NCBI RefSeq assembly: GCF_964194025.1
Contig: NC_134471.1
Coordinates: 24,304,001 to 24,368,000 of the forward strand
Reading direction: 5' to 3'
Length of the DNA stretch: 64,000 nt
From: Convolutriloba macropyga
Lineage: Eukaryota
The notes below the pieces were generated by a model, which saw nothing but the letters and a program-made list of their open reading frames with translations, was not told where the DNA came from and did no database searches. This document shows, piece by piece, positions 25,601-39,193 of the stretch. Both the position numbers and the translations under genes were made by a program. Numbering within the stretch: the stretch's first letter is position 1; every line of letters starts with the position of its first letter.

Positions 25601-28600
25601 GCGCCTTGTTGGATTAACAGGTCTTCCATTTGGTTTCGGAAATTTGTTTGCATTTCCTTTTCTATCGCAAAGTTATTCATGAACAGTTAACATTGCTTGC
25701 TGGAAGTGATTTATTAGTGATGCGCATGCCTAAGCTATCGAAAAGGTCTTTTCCGTTGATCAATTATAATCAGTCAGCTACTGCCGGTATTTGAGCGCGT
25801 TTGACATCCAACTTTTAGATTTAAAAATATATCCTCTTTTTGTTTGTGAATTTGTTTGTGACTAATTCAACTCTTTCCAACATAGCTGGGCCATGTGATT
25901 TTGCAGCCCTCAATGATTGTACTTCCTACCTATCACTGCACGAATTTGTTTTTGGTTTGATTATCAGTTCTGACAAGAATACTTGCATTGATTGTTTGCT
26001 CCGCCATTGTCAGCAATAAGAATTTGGATGCTTCTTCTGGTAATTTGTTCCTCGAAATCTTCTACTGAGTTGTACCCATTTCTGGGGGACAAACACTACA
26101 AAGAAACGATATAATTTTTTGCATCAGTTTTAGTAGTCACTGGTTTGATGCCTAATTGTGTGAACTGCTGGTCTAAGCATTGAGTCTCTGTTTTGCGAAA
26201 TGACATTTTCACATGGTTCTTACGGAGCTAATTTCATCCGTTTTCTTTAATCACTTGTTTGCTTACTAATAGAAAACATTTGTTACAATCTTTTTGTTTT
26301 ACCGAGTGCGTTGCAGGCATGTCGGTTAGGCCGTAAATTCCGGTACGTGTCTGTTACATGACCGCCAACAAAAAATAATATTGAATGACCGTACAAGGCG
26401 GAACCTTAAGTTGGTTATACGCATATTTTCAGTCTATCGACATGAAAAAAGCATTGCCGTAAGGCGCACTCAAACTTAGTTTCTCCTAAACTGTTTGCAA
26501 AAAAGAATCGATATTCGTCATTTGATACTTACTTTTGAGGAATGGTTTGTTCAGAACCTTTGTGTCATCACAAATAACTGTTTAGGTCCATTAGGTTATG
26601 CGTTTTCCAATACGGCCTTCTTTCAATATTTTTTCTAATAAAATTTGGGCTTTTGGTTGTAAATGAATTAGCAATTTTTGCTTTCTTGATGGTGTGCTTC
26701 ATATATTTTATGAATTGACAAATTTTTTGTGCGCCTCTATGAACTAACAAGTCTTCCTTTCAGTTTCAGAAATTTGTTTGCATTTCTTTTTCTATAGCAC
26801 ATTGATTCATGACCAGTTAACATTGCTTGCTAGAAGTGATTTTTTAGTGATGCGCATGCCTAAGCTATCGAAGAGGTCTTTTCCAATAATCAATCATAAT
26901 CTGTCAGCTACTGCCGGTATTTAAGCGCGTTTGACATCCAACTTTTAGATTTCAAATTTTATATTCTTTTTGTTTGTGAATTTGTTTGCTACTAATTCAA
27001 CTCTTTCCAAAATAGCTGGGCCATGTGATTTTGCAGCCCTCAATGATTGTACTTCCTACCTATCACTGCACGCATTTGTTTTTGGTTTGATTATCAGTTC
27101 TGACAAGAATAATTGCATTGATTGTTTGCTCCGCCATTGTCAGCAATAAGAATTTGGATGCTTCTTCTGGTAATTTGTTCCTCGAAATCTTCTACTGAGT
27201 TGTACCCATTTCTGGGGGACAAACACTACAAAGAAACGATATAATTTTTTGCATCAGTTTTGGTAGTCAGTGGTTTGATGCCTATTTGTGTGAACTGCTG
27301 GTCTAAGCATTGAGTCTCTGTTTTTGCGAGATGACATTTTCACATGGTTCTTACGGAGCTAATTGTCATCCGTTTTCTTTAATCACTTGTTTGCTTACTA
27401 ATAGAAAACATTTGTTACAATCTTTTTGTTTTACCGAGTGCGTTGCAGGCATGTCAGTTAGGCCGTAAATTCCGGTACGTGTCTGTTACATGACCGCCAA
27501 CAAAAAATAATATTGAATGACCGTACAAGGCGGAACCTTAAGTTGGTTATACGCATATTTTCAGTCTATCGACATGAAAAAAGCATTGTCGTGTGGCGCA
27601 CTCAAACTTAGTTTCTCCTAAACTGTTTGCAAAAAAGAATCGATATTCGTCATTTGATACTTACTTTTGAGGAATGGTTTGTTGAGAGCCTTTGTGTCAT
27701 CACAAATAACTGTTTAGGTCCAATAGGTTATGCGTTTTCCAATACGGCCTTCTTTCAATATTTTTTCTAATAAAATTTGGGCTTTTGGTTGTAAATGAAT
27801 TAGCAATTTTTGCTTTCTTGATGGTGTGCTTCATATATTTTATGAATTGACAAATTTTTTGTGCGCCTCTATGAACTAACAAGTCTTCCTTTTAGTTTCA
27901 GAAATTTGTTTGCATTTCTTTTTCTATAGCACATTGATTCATGACCAGTTAACATTGCTTGCTGGAAGTGATTTTTTAGTGATGCGCATGCCTAAGCTAT
28001 CGAAGAGGTCTTTTCCAATAATCAATCTTAATCTGTCAGCTACTGCCGGTATTTAAGCGCGTTTGACATCCAACTTTTAGATTTCAAATTTTATATTCTT
28101 TTTGTTTGTGAATTTGTTTGCGACTGATTCAACTCTTTCCAATATAGCTGGGCCATGTGATTTTGCAGCCCTCAATGATTGTACTTCTTACCTATCACTG
28201 CATGCATTTGTTTTTGGTTTGATTATCAGTTCTGACGAGAATACTTGCATTGATTGTTTGCTCCGCCATTGTCAGCAATAAAAATTTGGATGCTTCCTCT
28301 GGTAATTTGTTCCTCGAAATCTTCTACTGAGTTGGACCCATTTCTGGGGGACAAACACTACAAAGAAACGATATAATTTTTTGCATCAGTTTTGGTAGTC
28401 AGTGGTTTGATGCCTATTTGTGTGAACTGCTGGTCTAAGCATTGAGTCTCTGTTTTTGCGAAATGACATTTTCACATGGTTTTTACTGAGCTAATTGTCA
28501 TCCGTTTTCTTTAACCACTTGTTTGCTTACTAATAGAGAACAATTGTTACAATCTTTTTGTTTTACCGATTGCATTGCAGGCATGTCGTTTGGGCCATAA

Positions 28601-30545
28601 ATTGCGGTACGTGTCTGTTATATGACCGCTAACCAAAAATAATATTGAATGACCGTACAAGGCGGAACCTTAAGTTGGTTATACGCATATTTTCAGTCTA
28701 TCGACATGAAAAAAGCATTGTCGTGTGGCGCACTCAAACTTAGTTTCTCCTAAACTGTTTGCAAAAAAGAATCGATATTCGTCATTTGATACTTACTTTT
28801 GAGGAATGGTTTGTTCAGAACCTTTGTGTCATCACAAAGAACTATTTAGGTCAAATAGGTTATGCGTTTTCCAACACGGCCTTTCAATATTTTTCTGATA
28901 AATTTTGGGCTTTTGGCTGTAAATGAATTAGCAATTTTTGCTTTCTTGATGGTGTGCTTCATATATTTTATGAATTGACAAATTTTTTGTGCGCCTTTAT
29001 GAACTAACAAGTCTTCCTTTTAGTTTCAGAATATTGTTTGGTTTTCCTTTTCTATAGCACATTGATACATGACCAGTTAACATTGCTTGCTGGAAGTGAT
29101 TTATTAGTGATTCGCATGCCTAAGCTATCAAAGAGGCCTTTTCCGTTAATCAATCATAATCAGTCAGCTACTGCCGGTTTTTAAGCGCGTTTGACATCCA
29201 ACTTTTAGATTTAAAATTTTATATTCTTTTTGTTTGTGAATTTGTTTGCGACTGATTCAACTCTTTCCAATATAGCTGGGCCATGTGATTTTGCAGCCCT
29301 CAATGATTGTACTTCTTAACTATCACTGCATGCATTTGTTTTTGGTTTGATTATCAGTTCTGAGGAGAATACTTGCATTGATTGTTTGCTCCGCCATTGT
29401 CAGCAATAAGAATTTGGATGCTTATTCTGGTAATTTGTTCCTCGAATTCTTCTACTGAGTTGTACCCATTTCTGGGGGACAAACACTACAAAGGAACGAT
29501 ATAATTTTTTGCATCATTTTTGGTAGTCAGTGGTTTGATGCCTATTTGTGTGAACTGCTGGTCTAAGCATTGAGTCTCTGTTTTTGCGAAATGACATTTT
29601 CACATGGTTTTTACGGAGCTAATTGTCATCCGTTTTCTTTAATCACTTGTTTGCTTCCTAATAGAAAACAATTGTTACAATCTTTTTGTTTTACCGATTG
29701 CGTTGCAGGCATGTCGGTTAGGCCGTAAATTCCGGTAGGCGTCTGTTATATGACCGCCAACAAAAAATAATATTGAATGACCGTACAAGGCGGAACCTTA
29801 AGTTGGCGCACTCAAACTTAGTTTCTCCTAAACTGTTTGCAAAAAAGAATCGATATTCGTCATTTGATACTTACTTTTGAGGAATGGTTTGTTCAGAACC
29901 TTTGTGTCATCACAAATAACTGTTTAGGTCCAATAGGTTATGCGTTTTCCAATACGGCCTTCTTTCAATATTTGTTCTAATAAAATTTGGGCTTTTGGCT
30001 GTAAATTAATTAGCAATTTTTGCTTGCTTGATGGTGTGCTTCATATATTTTATGAATTGATAAATTTTTTTTGCGCCTTTATGAACTAACAAGTCTTCCA
30101 TTTAGTTTCAGAAATTTGTTTGCATTTTTTTTCTATAGCACATTGATTCATGACCAGCTAACATTGCTTGCTGGAAGTGATTTATTAGTGATGCGCATGC
30201 CGAAGTTATCGAAAAGGTCTTTTCCGTTGATCAATCATAATCAGTCATCTACTAACGGTATTTAAGCGATTTTTACATCCAGCTAACGAACTTAAAAATA
30301 TTTCTCTTTTTTGTTTGTGAATTTGTTTGCAATTGATTCAACTCTTTCCAACATAGCTTGGCCATGTGACTTTGCATCCCCCAATGATTGCATTTCTTAC
30401 CCATCGCTGCACGCATTTGTTTTCGGTTTGAGCACAGGTTTTGACCAGAATATTTGCATTGTTTGTTTGCTCCACCATTGTCAGCAATAAGAAATTGGAT
30501 GTTTCTTCTGGTAATTTGTTCCTCAAATTCTTCTACTTATTTCTA
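22672..30545 (-). repeat. Tandem array of 7 units of about 1.13 kb derived from Gypsy gag-to-RT sequence
   Basis: Junction TCTGGGGGACAAA recurs near 23812, 24942, 26081, 27211, 28343 and 29471. The last unit has an internal deletion near 29806. Confidence 0.92.
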
Positions 30546-32198
30546 CCCATTTTTTGGCTGAAATGTTTGACGTTGTTCTCTGTTGATTCAGTTTTTTTTA
30601 TTTCCATGTTTTCTGCTATTTTGACCTCTCTTTGTGGCTCAACTGTATATCGTAATAGATTTTGTTAACTTTGTTGTCGAGAAAAAATTTGTCAAGAAGA
30701 TTTCGCTTATCACTCTCCCTTCACAGTTTTCAAAGTTGCAGCTCTGGGTTTCTCGTTTTAGCACTTTATAGAATTGCTCTACGGTTTTGATGTTCCAGTT
30801 ACTGATATTAGAGTGTTCCAGCTTATCTTTTTTTGGATAGATTGCATATATTGTCCTCAGGAATTTTTTTCGATTGAGTTTTGCAATATCTATGCCTTTC
30901 TGACCTTTTAACTCCAAATAAAGTTTCAAAGGTGTAAATTGTTCTGTTCGCTTTTTTTTATAGATCTGATTGGTCAGTTATTGGAGCCTCATATACAGGA
31001 TTGGTTGGAAGCTCGATTTCTTTAAAATTTGTCAACGAGAAAATTATCCAGAAGAATAATCTGTTTTGCGTTTTGCGAGAACTGGCCGTTTTAGCTGGTT
31101 TTCTCCATTTTCCCCACTTTAATGGTGGTTTGTTTTGTGGTACGGTCCAAGAAAAGTCAGTGGCATTCAGGGTAAACTGACTGCCTCAAGCAGTTAGCGT
31201 CAATTTACAGTAATTAAGTTGCGTAATTTGTGAAGCGACTATTCAATATAAATTTGTGTGCTCTCACTAGATGGGTTTTGCGCTTCATTTGACCCAGCTA
31301 GTTTGTTGATTTTGCTCTTTCAAATTGATAAGCATTGTATTTGAATGGAGTTAGATTGGCGAATTGTATCTAATTTCCGTTGGATTTGTACATTTGTGTT
31401 ATTAAGACAAAAAACAGTTTAGAAGAGAGTTAGCTGAATGTGAGAGCTTTAAGAAACTGAAAACTTGAAGAAAGAATTTCAGTTAAATATAAAAATGAAC
31501 AAAAAAACAATAATTCCATCAACTTAAAGGAACAACAGTATTAACAATTTTAAAACGAATTAAAAGACAAAAGTCTAGTTTCGCAAAAAAGTTTGACGTA
31601 AATAAACGGACAATGATGACGAGGAAAGCTCGTTAACATAATGAGGGATTTGGTTTACGGATTACCATTTTTGTGATAACTAAAAACTGAAAATATTTGA
31701 CGCTCAAAACAGTGGAACGGAATGAAGTTCAAAATTTTGACTGAGAAGTATGACTGACAAATACCTCAGGATCAGTAGTTCAGGTCTCGGCGCTAGGTCG
31801 CTGCTGGAAATTGAACCAATCTTCTTTCAATTTTCATTTTTTAAGAAGAGTGACATTTTGGTTTTGTCGACTACTAATATATGCCATACAAAATTGACGT
31901 ATTGAGGTCAATGAGGATAGGGAAAAAGTTTTGCAATGGAAGTTTTTCATTTTTATGTTGAAATTCTGCCCAACTTCATAGCTAAATTGATTATCGTTTT
32001 TCATGATTTTTTTGTGAAAAGAATTACACTAAATTTGAATAAATGTACGGACCATGTTACTTATGTTCTTTTTTTCTGCGCAAAATTTTCATTATAGGTT
32101 GTCTTCTTAAAGTTAAGTGTGTTACCTAGGATGAGCCAACGCCCTCAGAGAGGTATCAGCCAGATCAAGGTATCGGCCGAGAGGTATCGGCCGAATCG

Positions 32199-35100
32199 GG
32201 CCATTCCCATATTCCAGGCTAAGAGCTCAAAAGAGAAGCCGGTTCTAAGCAAAATGTACAAACATGCTCTGCATTCACTGTTTTATAAAATTACAAGCCC
32301 ATCATTTGTAGGCAACATCTACTTCTAGAAGAATAGTCTATTTCATCAAACTTAATTTGTGAAACTCGCATTGCCCCTTAAATCAAAATTTTTATATTTT
32401 TTTTTCTAAAATATCATCCATTAATTGTAAAAAGTAAAGAAATAGATTATTAGTTTTATTGCATGCTTCTACAGGTTTTCTGGGGTCTGCCAATGGTCTG
32501 GCCAAAAATTGATTCCGTTTGTTCGTTGGTATGGACTGTGGTCTGGCGTAGAGTTTGTTGGGTTTGGGGAGTGGTGTGGAAAATGGTCTGACCTGGGGTC
32601 TGTTCGGTCTGGCCGAAGGTTTGGACAAAGTCTGTTCATTATGGTCAATGGTGACCAAAGTCTGTTTAATATGACCAAAGGCAACCAAAGCCTGTTCGCT
32701 TCTGCCAAAATCTTATTTTGGGTAAGGTCAGCATGGAGCCCTACTGTCCGCGATCGAAATCAGTCTGGCCAATATATGTCTTGAGTCGCGCACCTCATTT
32801 TGGGCCATCCTTCTCATAACAGGTTTTTTACAGTACAGAGACCTTCAAAATTTGCTATGAACGCCAGATAGAGCTAGTTTATATACAATTCCTGGTTGAT
32901 CGGAATACCTATCCAAGGGCGGTAGTGAACAAAATGCAAGATCGACAGAACTTTTTTGCAGGAGTTTTGTATTCAGCCAGATTGTTTGTTCCATTTCAGC
33001 CAGAAGATTTTTTGACGGGAGTCAAGGACACTGCGACTTCTAGTCTACAAAAGTCCGTTATCACAACAGTCATAATCATCAAACTGGACGGAAGTAGGTG
33101 ACTTCCAAACAAACTGTAGCAACAAAATCAAGCGATAAAAAACAAGTCTGAATTACATTATTAAACAAAACTGTTCCGAATTTCCGAAATCATAAGACCT
33201 AATTAGCCCCCTCCTTACCTTATTCAATACCTAATGGTTCTCAAGATTAACTTTTTTTGATGTCTCTGCATGCTCCGGACGAATAGGATAAAAATTCTGT
33301 CTGGTAAGGGAAGTAACAGGGCGACAACACGTGCCTAGTTATTTCCACTAATTCATAAAACCTAGGAATGAACTTTGGAGCGTCTTATTTTTTTCAGGAA
33401 ATGTTTTTGTTGTGGTTATTTTTAGTTGTTTCGGTGGGGTGTCTGGTGCAACCGTAACTCAATGGTCATAAAAAAATTGGGTCGCACCCTCTGTCTGACC
33501 AACAGCAAATTTTTGTTTGTTCCCTCTAGCCAATTGCCACATTTCAGTCTGTTTGGTCTGGCCAATTACACTATTTGGTTTGTTTCGTTCTGGCCAATAC
33601 CCAAATATAAGTGAGTTTGGGCGATTCCCATATTCCAGGCTAAGAGGTCGAAAGAGAAGCCGGTTCTATGCAAAATGTACAAACATGCTCTTCATTCACA
33701 GTTTTATAAAATTACCAGCCCATCATTGGTAGGCAACATCTACTTCTAGAAGAATAGTCTACTTTTTCAAACTTATTTTATGAAACTCGCATTGGACCTT
33801 TTACCTAATTTTTAAAATTTTTTTCTAAAATATCATCCGTTTTTTGTAAAAAGTAAAGAAACAAATTATTAGTTTTATTGGATGCTTCTACAGGTTTTCT
33901 TGGGTCTGCCAATGGTCTGGCCAAAAATTGATTCCGTTTGTTCATTGGTATGGACTATGGTCTGGCGTAGAGTCTGTTGGGTGTGGGGAGTGGTGTGGAA
34001 AATGGCCTGACCTGGGTTCTGTTCGGTCTGGCCGATGGTTTGGACAAAGTTTGTTCATTTTGGTCAATGGTGACCAAAGTCTGTTTAATATGACTGAAGG
34101 CAGCCAAAAACTGTTCGCTTAGGCCAAAATCCTACTTTGGGTATGCTCAGCATAGAGCCCTACTGTCCGCGATCGAAATCAGTCTGGCCAATACATGTCT
34201 TGAGTCGCGCCCCTCATTTTGGGCCATCCTTCTCACAACAGGTTTTTTACAGTACGCATATCTTCAAAATTTGCAATGAACGCCAGTTAGAGCTAGTTTA
34301 TATACGTTTCCTTGTTGATCGGAATACCTATCCAAGGGCGGTAGTGAACAAAATGCAAGATCGACAGAACTTTTTTGCAGAACTTTTGTATTCAGCCAGA
34401 TTGTTTGTTCCATTTCAGCCGGAAGATTTTTTTCGACGTGTGTCAAGGACACTGTGACTTCTGGTCAACAAAAGTTCGTTATCACAACAGTCATAATCAT
34501 CAAACTGGACGGAAGTAGGTGACTTCCAAACAAACTGTAGCAACAAAATCAAGCGATAAAAAACAAGTCAAAATTTTTATATTTTTTTTCTAAAATATCA
34601 TCCATTAATTGTAAAAAGTAAAGAAATAGATTATTAGTTTTATTGCATGCTTCTACAGGTTTTCTGGGGTCTGCCAATGGTCTGGCCAAAAATTGATTCC
34701 GTTTGTTCATTGGTATGGACTATGGTCTGGCGTAGAGTCTGTTGGGTGTGGGGAGTGGTGTGGAAAATGGCCTGACCTGGGTTCTGTTCGGTCTGGCCGA
34801 TGGTTTGGACAAAGTTTGTTCATTTTGGTCAATGGTGACCAAAGTCTGTTTAATATGACTGAAGGCAGCCAAAAACTGTTCGCTTAGGCCAAAATCCTAC
34901 TTTGGGTATGCTCAGCATAGAGCCCTACTGTCCGCGATCGAAATCAGTCTGGCCAATACATGTCTTGAGTCGCGCACCTCATTTTGGGCCATCCTTCTCA
35001 TAACAGGTTTTTTACAGTACAGAGACCTTCAAAATTTGCAATGAACGCCAGATAGAGCTAGTTTATATACAATTCCTGGTTGATCGGAATACCTATCCAA

Positions 35101-38100
35101 GGGCGGTAGTGAACAAAATGCAAGATCGACAGAACTTTTTTGCAGAAGTTTTGTAATCAGCCAGATTGTTTGTTCCATTTCAGCCAGAAGATTTTTTGAC
35201 GGGAGTCAAGGACACTGCGACTTCTAGTCTACAAAAGTCCGTTATCACAACAGTCATAATCATCAAACTGGACGGAAGTAGGTGACTTCCAAACAAACTG
35301 TAGCAACAAAATCAAGCGATAAAAAACAAGTCTGAATTACATTATTAAACAAAACTGTTCCGAATTTCCGAAATCATAAGACCTAATTAGCCCCCTCCTT
35401 CCCTTATTCAATACCAAATGGTTCTCATGATTAACTTTTTTGATGTCTCTGCATGCTCCGGACGAATAGGATAAAAATTCTGTCTGGTAAGGGAAGTAAC
35501 AGGGCGACAACACGTGCCTAGTTATTTCCACTAATTCATAAAACCTGGGAATGAACTTTGGAGCGTCTTATTTTTTTCAGGAAATGTTTTTGTTGGGGTT
35601 ATTTTTAGTTGTTTCGGTGGGGTGTCTGGTGCAACCGTAACTCAATGGTCATAAAAAAATTGGGTCGCACCCTCTGTCTGACCAACGGCAAATTTTTGTT
35701 TGTTCCCTCTAGCCAATTGCCACATTTCAGTCTGTTTGGTCTGGCCAATTACACTATTTGGTTTGTTTCGTTCTGGCCAATACCGAAATATGAGTGAGTT
35801 TGGGCGATTCCCATATTCCAGGCTAAGAGGTCGAAAGAGAAGCCGGTTCTATGCAAAATGTACAAACATGCTCTTCATTCACAGTTTTATAAAATTACCA
35901 GCCATTCATTGGTAGGCAACATCTACTTCTAGAAGAATAGTCTACTTTTTCAAACTTATTTTATGAAACTCCCATTGGACCTTTTACCTAATTTTTAAAA
36001 ATTTTTTCTAAAATATCATCCATTTTTTGTAAAAAGTAAAGAAACAAATTATTAGTTTTATTGGATGCTTCTACAGGTTTTCTTGGGTCTGCCAATGGTC
36101 TGGCCAAAAATTGATTCCGTTTGTTCATTGGTATGGACTATGGTCTGGCGTAGAGTCTGTTGGGTGTGGGGAGTGGTGTGGAAAATGGCCTGACCTGGGT
36201 TCTGTTCGGTCTGGCCGATGGTTTGGACAAAGTTTGTTCATTTTGGTCAATGGTGACCAAAGTCTGTTTAATATGACTGAAGGCAGCCAAAAACTGTTCG
36301 CTTAGGCCAAAATCCTACTTTGGGTATGCTCAGCATAGAGCCCTACTGTCCGCGATCGAAATCAGTCTGGCCAATACATGTCTTGAGTCGCGCCCCTCAT
36401 TTTGGGCCATCCTTCTCACAACAGGTTTCTTACAGTACGCATATCTTCAAAATTTGCAATGAACGCCAGTTAGAGCTAGTTTATATACGTTTCCTTGTTG
36501 ATCGGAATACCTATCCAAGGGCGGTAGTGAACAAAATGCAAGATCGACAGAACTTTTTTGCAGAACTTTTGTATTCAGCCAGATTGTTTGTTCCATTTCA
36601 GCCGGAAGATTTTTTCGGAGTGTGTCAAGGACACTGTGACTTCTGGTCAACAAAAGTTCGTTATCACAACAGTCATAATCATCAAACTGGACGGAAGTAG
36701 GTGACTTCCAAACAAACTGTAGCAACAAAATCAAGCGAAACAAAACAAATCTGAATTTTATTATTAATAAAAACCGTTCCGAAATTCCGAAATCATAAGA
36801 CCTAATTAGACCCCTCCTTCCCTTATTCAATACCAAATGGTTCTCAAGATTAACTTTTTTTGATGTCTCTGCATGCTCCGGACGAATAGGATAAAAATTA
36901 TGTCTGGTAAGGGAAGTAACAGGGCGACAACACGTGCCTATATAGTTATTTCCACTAATTCATAAAACCTAGGAATGAACTTTGGAGCGTCGTATTTTTT
37001 TAGGAAACGTTTCTGATGTGGTTATTTACAGCTGTTTCGGTTTTTGCCATCTTTTGAGATCTGTCACAATTTTTCATGGTTTTTGTTTCGATCGCTTCAA
37101 CATTGAATTTTTTTTCTAAAATATCATCCATTTTTTGTAAAAAGTAAAGAAACAAATTATTAGTTTTATTGGATGCTTCTACAGGTTTTCCTGGGTCTGC
37201 CAATGGTCTGGCCAAAAATTGATTCCGTTTGTTCATTGGTATGGACTATGGTCTGGCGTAGAGTCTGTTGGGTGTGGGGAGTGGTGTAGAAAATGGCCTG
37301 ACCTGGGTTCTGTTCGGTCTGGCCGATGGTTTGGACAAAATTTGTTCATTTTGGTCAATGGTGACCAAAGTCTGTTTAATATGACTGAAGGAAGCCAAAA
37401 ACTGTTCGCTTAGGCCAAAATCCTACTTTGGGTATGGTCAGCATAGAGCCCTACTGTCCGCGATCGAAATCAGTCTGGCCAATACATGTCTTGAGTCGCG
37501 CCCCTCATTTTGGGCCATCCTTCTCACAACAGGTTTTTTACAGTACGCAGATCTTCAAAATTTGCAATGAACGCCAGTTAGAGCTAGTTTATATACGTTT
37601 CCTTGTTGATCGGAATACCTATCCAAGGGCGGTAGTGAACAAAATGCAAGATCGAAAGAACTTTTTTGCAGAACTTTTGTATTCAGCCAGATTGTTTGTT
37701 CCATTTCAGCCTGAAGATTTTTTCGACGTGTGTCAAGGACACTGTGACTTCTGGTCAACAAAAGTTCGTTATCACAACAGTCATAATCATCAAACTGGAC
37801 GGAAGTAGGTGACTTCCAAACAAACTGTAGCAACAAAATCAAGCGAAACAAAACAAATCTGAATTTTATTATTAATAAAAACCGTTCCGAAATTCCGAAA
37901 TCATAAGACCTAATTAGCCCCCTCCTTCCCTTATTCAATACCAAATGGTTCTCAAGATTAACTTTTTTTGATGTCTCTGCATGCTCCGGACGAATAGGAT
38001 AAAAATTATGTCTGGTAAGGGAAGTAACAGGGCGACAACACGTGCCTATATAGTTATTTCCACTAATTCATAAAACCTAGGAATGAACTTTGGAGCGTCG

Positions 38101-38211
38101 TATTTTTTTTAGGAAACGTTTCTGATGTGGTTATTTACAGCTGTTTCGGTTTTTGCCATCTTTTGAGATCTGTCACAATTTTTCATGGTTTTTGTTTCGA
38201 TCGCTTCAACA
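32199..38211. repeat. Complex tandem array, 5 copies of a core (spacings 1419, 765, 1418, 1108 bp)
   Basis: Marker CTACAGGTTTTC at 32469, 33888, 34653, 36071 and 37179; higher-order period about 2183 bp. Confidence 0.9.
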
Positions 38212-38921
38212 TATTTTGTAGGAAATTAATTGTTTCAAAAATTTGGAGATAAAAAAATTCAGAGAAAATAATGACACTGAAGGACCTCTGTCGAATAAGA
38301 TTGGCAATCAACGTGTATCAGAAAGTGCACATTGAATTTCCACATTATTCGAAACGATCGGCTGGTTGTTAATATACACGTTGCAGAGGGAGCTTTGGTG
38401 TTTTTTTTATCAATTGAAAAAGAATACAGGTTAAAATATTTTAAATGAATGAAAATTGATTGTTGAAAAACTGATGCTAAATTTACTGATAGCATAAAAG
38501 TCTTGTTATTCATACATATGACACCTTGAAAGAAAAATCTCTCGTTAATGAACAAAATGGAATTGAACGAGTTCTGAGTTTTAGATATAAAGTAGCAATA
38601 GTATTAAAAAATTTTGTAAAAAAAGGATTTCATGAGGATGCAGGCGGTTGGGCTGACCAAATCTTCGATGCGAAAATTTCCTTTGTTACCCCCCTTAACC
38701 CGTAATCTAACTACATTGTTTTAATACGCCCCCATCTAAACTAATAAATTTTAAGTAAATAGGCTTTTTAAAACCGATAGTTAGATACTGATATACGCAA
38801 ACAGCTTAAACCTACTAAAAACAGGGACTTCGAAGTTTTTCGAAGTAAAACAAACAAAAAGCGACAAATTCTGGTTTTAAATGAACAAAAATATGCACTC
38901 GGAAATGTGAATTATTTGCAG

Positions 38922-39193
38922 GTTGCAACGTGGAGAACATGTCATATTCAATGACAATCTGCGCAGAGAGGTCTGCAATCGTGTCCGCTATCTCCCAGGG
39001 ATACAAAGCCTACCAGATGAAGTGCTTCTACGTGACCTCTGACCTCTCCAAGTGCATTACCCCCTGTGGTGCATGTCGCGCTGTGATTGCTGAGATGAAC
39101 CCGGAGGCGCGCATTGTTCTCGTAAACTCGGACGCCACGAGTGTCAAGCAGTTCTCAATTGGAGATTTGTTGCCATATAATTTTGAAATGTAA
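38922..39193 (+). CDS. CDA: Cytidine deaminase, exon 2 (catalytic Zn-binding half to stop)
   Basis: (G)CNVENMSYSMTICAERSAI...PCGACRAVIAE...LLPYNF: the CAE and PCxxC zinc motifs and C-terminal LLP of homotetrameric CDA. Confidence 0.92.

Larger units (their letters stand above)
9855..31765 (-). mobile_element. Old degraded Ty3/Gypsy element hosting the BEL insertion and the 1.13-kb tandem array
   Basis: Remnants on the - strand: gag (TVEQFYKVLKRETQSCNFENCE, 30639-30929), RT (IDLKYAYNQL, repeated in the array), integrase Zn domain (VDDRVAIPISINGACLKAIHSNHPG, about 22230-22320), integrase core (RAIGLMKRLIQTLKRQL, about 21780-21830), PPT GGAGGGAAA next to TG at 10113. Diverged LTR-like pair at about 9855-10113 and 31525-31765. 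Confidence 0.65.
3209..38921 (+). other. 35,713-bp GC-AG intron of the cytidine deaminase gene
   Basis: GCACGT at 3209 and TTATTTGCAG at 38912-38921. Splicing restores G-C-N-V-E-N exactly, and no GT donor exists at the required position. Confidence 0.8.

Noticed and set aside
3055-39193. Idea that the deaminase is an APOBEC/AID-like anti-retroelement enzyme
   Set aside because: The motifs (PYSxFPVG, NVEN, CAE, PCGAC) are those of free-nucleoside CDA, not the HxE/SWSPC polynucleotide deaminases. Its proximity to the TEs is explained by intronic insertion.
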